Source: an uncultured Sulfitobacter sp.
Lineage (GTDB): Bacteria; Pseudomonadota; Alphaproteobacteria; Rhodobacterales; Rhodobacteraceae
Reading direction: 5' to 3'
NCBI RefSeq assembly: GCF_947497275.1
Contig: NZ_CANMFS010000007.1
Coordinates: 80,955-144,954 of the forward strand
Length of the DNA: 64,000 bases
Made by a program: the position numbers and the translations under genes
In this document: positions 61,543-64,000 of the stretch, in pieces
Position numbering within the stretch: position 1 is the first letter of the stretch
How the letters are laid out: every line of letters begins with the position of its first letter
Notes under the pieces: model-generated
What the model was told of the DNA's origin: nothing
Database searches by the model: none
Seen by the model: only the letters and a program-made list of their open reading frames with translations

Positions 61543-62576
61543 TTGATTATCGCGCGCGCTTTCGCATCAACCTTGCAATCGCGCTTTGCGGGCTGGCTGT
61601 CTTTGCCATTGTACCGTTCGTTGCCAACAGCGGTTTGGTGTTTCTTGCCGGTCTGGTCGCGATCAATATCGTTTTCGGCCTTTGCTGGAACTTCCTGTTC
61701 TCCGGTGCCGGTTTGCTGAGCTTCGGACATGCGATGTTCTTTGCTGCCGGTGCCTACGGGATGGCTGTGGTTTCGCTTCGAATGCCCGAGTTGCCCTTCT
61801 TCTTAGGTCTGGCTTTCGGATCGGCCTGCGGCGCGTTGATCGCGATGATCTTTGGATATATCGCGCTGCGGCGTGCAAGCGGGGTCTATTTCGCGGTTTT
61901 AACGCTCGCGTTTTCCGAACTCATCCACATCTATATCACCAAGACGACGTTTCTGGGCCGCAATGACGGGCTGGTGGGGATACCGCGACCTACGATCGAC
62001 CTGGGACCGTGGGTCCTGGATCTGACCAGCGCGACCAGCTACTACTATTTCATCATTGTCGCCATGACGATTGCCGCCTTCGCTCTTTGGTGCTTTCAGA
62101 ATTCACCAGCGGGCCGCTTGATACAGGCCATTCGTCAGGATCCCCTCAGAACTGCCTTTTTGGGTGCGGGGATCCGGGGCTGGCAACTGACTGCTTTTGT
62201 CGTGTCGGGAACCATTGCTGCATTCTGCGGCGCTGTGATGGTTCCCTTTACGCAGATCGCATCGCCCGAGATTGCCGTTTGGACAGTGTCGACGCAACCG
62301 ATCCTTTTTACCTTGCTGGGTGGGGCAGGGCATTTCTGGGGACCAGCGGTCGGGGCGATCCTGTTCGGCGCCATCGCCTATGGCACACGGGCCATGCAAG
62401 GGCTTTCCGACATCACTGTGAGCGTTCTGCTTCTAACGGTTGTTCTGTTGATCCCCGGCGGGTTGCTGGGGCTGTGGCAGCGGCGCCGCCGCAAGGCAGG
62501 AGGCCGACAGCCGGGTCAGGCTGGCGATGACGCGCGGCCCGGTACGGCCGCCGGAAAGGTGGAGGCACGGCAATGA
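61539..62576 (+). CDS. LivM-like ABC permease
   Basis: GLLSFGHAMFF, YFAVLTLAF, LLGGAGHFWGP. Confidence 0.9.
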   Translation: MIDYRARFRINLAIALCGLAVFAIVPFVANSGLVFLAGLVAINIVFGLCWNFLFSGAGLLSFGHAMFFAAGAYGMAVVSLRMPELPFFLGLAFGSACGALIAMIFGYIALRRASGVYFAVLTLAFSELIHIYITKTTFLGRNDGLVGIPRPTIDLGPWVLDLTSATSYYYFIIVAMTIAAFALWCFQNSPAGRLIQAIRQDPLRTAFLGAGIRGWQLTAFVVSGTIAAFCGAVMVPFTQIASPEIAVWTVSTQPILFTLLGGAGHFWGPAVGAILFGAIAYGTRAMQGLSDITVSVLLLTVVLLIPGGLLGLWQRRRRKAGGRQPGQAGDDARPGTAAGKVEARQ

Positions 62577-63331
62577 CACAGATCATGCAAGCCCGGGCGA
62601 TGTGCAAATCCTACGGCCCTGTCCGGGTCCTTGAAAATGTCGATTTCGAACTCGATGAAGGTGAGGCTCATGTTGTTATCGGTCCCAACGGAGCCGGCAA
62701 GACGACGCTGTTCCGATGCCTCAGCGGCGAGACGCGTATTGACAGCGGCACGATCACATTGAGCGGCAGCGATGTGACCGCTTTGGAAGGCTGGCAACGC
62801 GTTAAAAGCGGCATAGGCCGGTCGTTTCAGGTGGCACGGATCTTTGGGGGCATGTCGGCTTTCGAGAACCTGATCATCGCCATCGAAACCCGCGAGCGCA
62901 ACAAGAACGGCCTGCGGTTCAGCCTGCGGCACCTCGCCCCCAGGAAGGCAGTGCTGGAAGAGGCCGAACGGCTGATCGGGGAGTTGGGGCTTGAACATAC
63001 CTCCGACGATGCTGCCGAAAACCTGTCCCACGGCGACAAGAAACGTCTGGAACTTGCCATGAGCCTCGCGTTGAAGCCGAAGCTGCTGATGCTGGACGAG
63101 CCCACCGCCGGGATGTCGCCTTCGGACCGGGCCGAAGCAGTGCGGCTGATTTCTCAAGTGCGCGACACCTACGGTTTGACGTTGCTTTTGACCGAACATG
63201 ACATGGAGGTGGTCTTTGGCCTGGCCACCCGTCTTACCGTTCTCCATCAGGGTGTGATCATCGCATCAGGCCAGCCCGAAGAGGTGCGCGCCGACAGTCG
63301 GGTACGAGAGGTGTATCTTGGACAGCATTGA
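62573..63331 (+). CDS. LivG-like ABC ATPase
   Basis: GPNGAGKT, LSHGDKKRLE, LDEPTAG, EHDM. Confidence 0.92.
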   Translation: MTQIMQARAMCKSYGPVRVLENVDFELDEGEAHVVIGPNGAGKTTLFRCLSGETRIDSGTITLSGSDVTALEGWQRVKSGIGRSFQVARIFGGMSAFENLIIAIETRERNKNGLRFSLRHLAPRKAVLEEAERLIGELGLEHTSDDAAENLSHGDKKRLELAMSLALKPKLLMLDEPTAGMSPSDRAEAVRLISQVRDTYGLTLLLTEHDMEVVFGLATRLTVLHQGVIIASGQPEEVRADSRVREVYLGQH

Positions 63332-64000
63332 ACCAATTCTCAGCATTCGCGGCCTTGATGCGTTCTATGGTGGCAGCCGCATTATCCAGAATGCGTCGCT
63401 TTCGATAAGACCCGGCGAAAAGGTGGCCCTGCTGGGACGCAACGGCGCAGGCAAGTCGACCCTGATGAAAAGCCTGTTGAACGCCGGCCCCCGGGTAGTG
63501 GGTGACATCCACTTTGACGGTAAGGACATCTCTGCGCTCGCGACCGACGCACGCAGTCGCATGGGGCTTGTCCTCGTGCCGGAGGACCGGCGTATCTATA
63601 GCAACATCACGGTGGCCGAAAATATCGAGTTGGGGAGGCATGCGGCCCGGGCCGGTGCCGCTGTCTCGAGCGACGAGGTCTACGACCTTTTCCCGCTGCT
63701 TGCGCCGCTCAGGCAGCGCGCGGGGTATCAGCTTAGCGGCGGTCAGCAACAGATTGTTGCGGTGGCGCGCGGCTTGATGGGCGCACCGCGGCTGTTGCTT
63801 CTGGATGAGCCGGTCGAGGGGTTGGCGCCGGTGGTTGTCGACGAGATGGTACAGCACATCGCACGGATCTGCGAGACCCGCGAACTGGCCCTGCTGATCG
63901 CCGAACAAAACCTGTCGTTTGCAAGACGCTGCACCGATCGTGTGGTGCTGATCGACAGTGGTCGCATTGTTTTTGACGAAACATGGGAGGTTTTCGATGC
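63318..64000 (+). CDS. LivF-like ABC ATPase, partial at the right edge
   Basis: Manual translation from TTG 63318: LDSIEPILSIRGLDAFYGGSRII...GRNGAGKSTLM...LSGGQQQ...LLLDEP. Confidence 0.88.
   Translation, partial: MDSIEPILSIRGLDAFYGGSRIIQNASLSIRPGEKVALLGRNGAGKSTLMKSLLNAGPRVVGDIHFDGKDISALATDARSRMGLVLVPEDRRIYSNITVAENIELGRHAARAGAAVSSDEVYDLFPLLAPLRQRAGYQLSGGQQQIVAVARGLMGAPRLLLLDEPVEGLAPVVVDEMVQHIARICETRELALLIAEQNLSFARRCTDRVVLIDSGRIVFDETWEVFD

Overview
A gene-dense, high-GC segment that looks like part of a Rhodobacterales (probably Roseobacter-group) plasmid or chromid. It carries a plasmid replication/partition module (Rep initiator divergent from parA-parB, with a repeat-rich intergenic origin candidate at about 31.4-31.9 kb) and a ccdAB toxin-antitoxin pair. 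Layout from left to right: (i) tetrapyrrole/isoprenoid/electron-carrier genes hemC (partial), hemE, idi and cytochrome c2, possibly the fringe of a photosynthesis region lying outside the window; (ii) a roughly 17.5 kb putative low-oxygen energy and ion island. In it arginine deiminase and carbamate kinase are fused into one operon with a complete N-type ATPase (arcA-arcC-atpDCQRBEFAG, with an ATGA overlap at arcC/atpD). This operon is divergent, across a perfect-type FNR/FixK box, from a MaoC-phosphotransacylase fusion plus acetate kinase. A second divergent unit, around a weaker FNR-like box, has cbpA-cbpM-hypothetical-bacterioferritin-Cys-rich membrane protein on one side and a CPA1 Na+/H+ antiporter with a C-terminal cNMP-binding domain on the other; (iii) ccdAB, an aldehyde dehydrogenase, a multi-PAS HWE kinase and an RND/MFP pair; (iv) the replicon; (v) GntR plus MFS; (vi) an orphan catabolic cluster (GntR, creatininase-like, ketopantoate-reductase-like, SDR, deacetylase, isoaspartyl peptidase) divergent from a peptide ABC importer plus an M32 carboxypeptidase; (vii) a QseBC-like two-component system, an L,D-transpeptidase, a VOC protein and an StcD-like flavoenzyme; (viii) a PimC/PimD-like acyl-CoA dehydrogenase pair, an atypical crotonase and a Liv-type ABC importer running off the right end. 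No rRNA, tRNA, CRISPR array or intact transposase was recognised. All calls come from reading motifs by eye; no searches were run.
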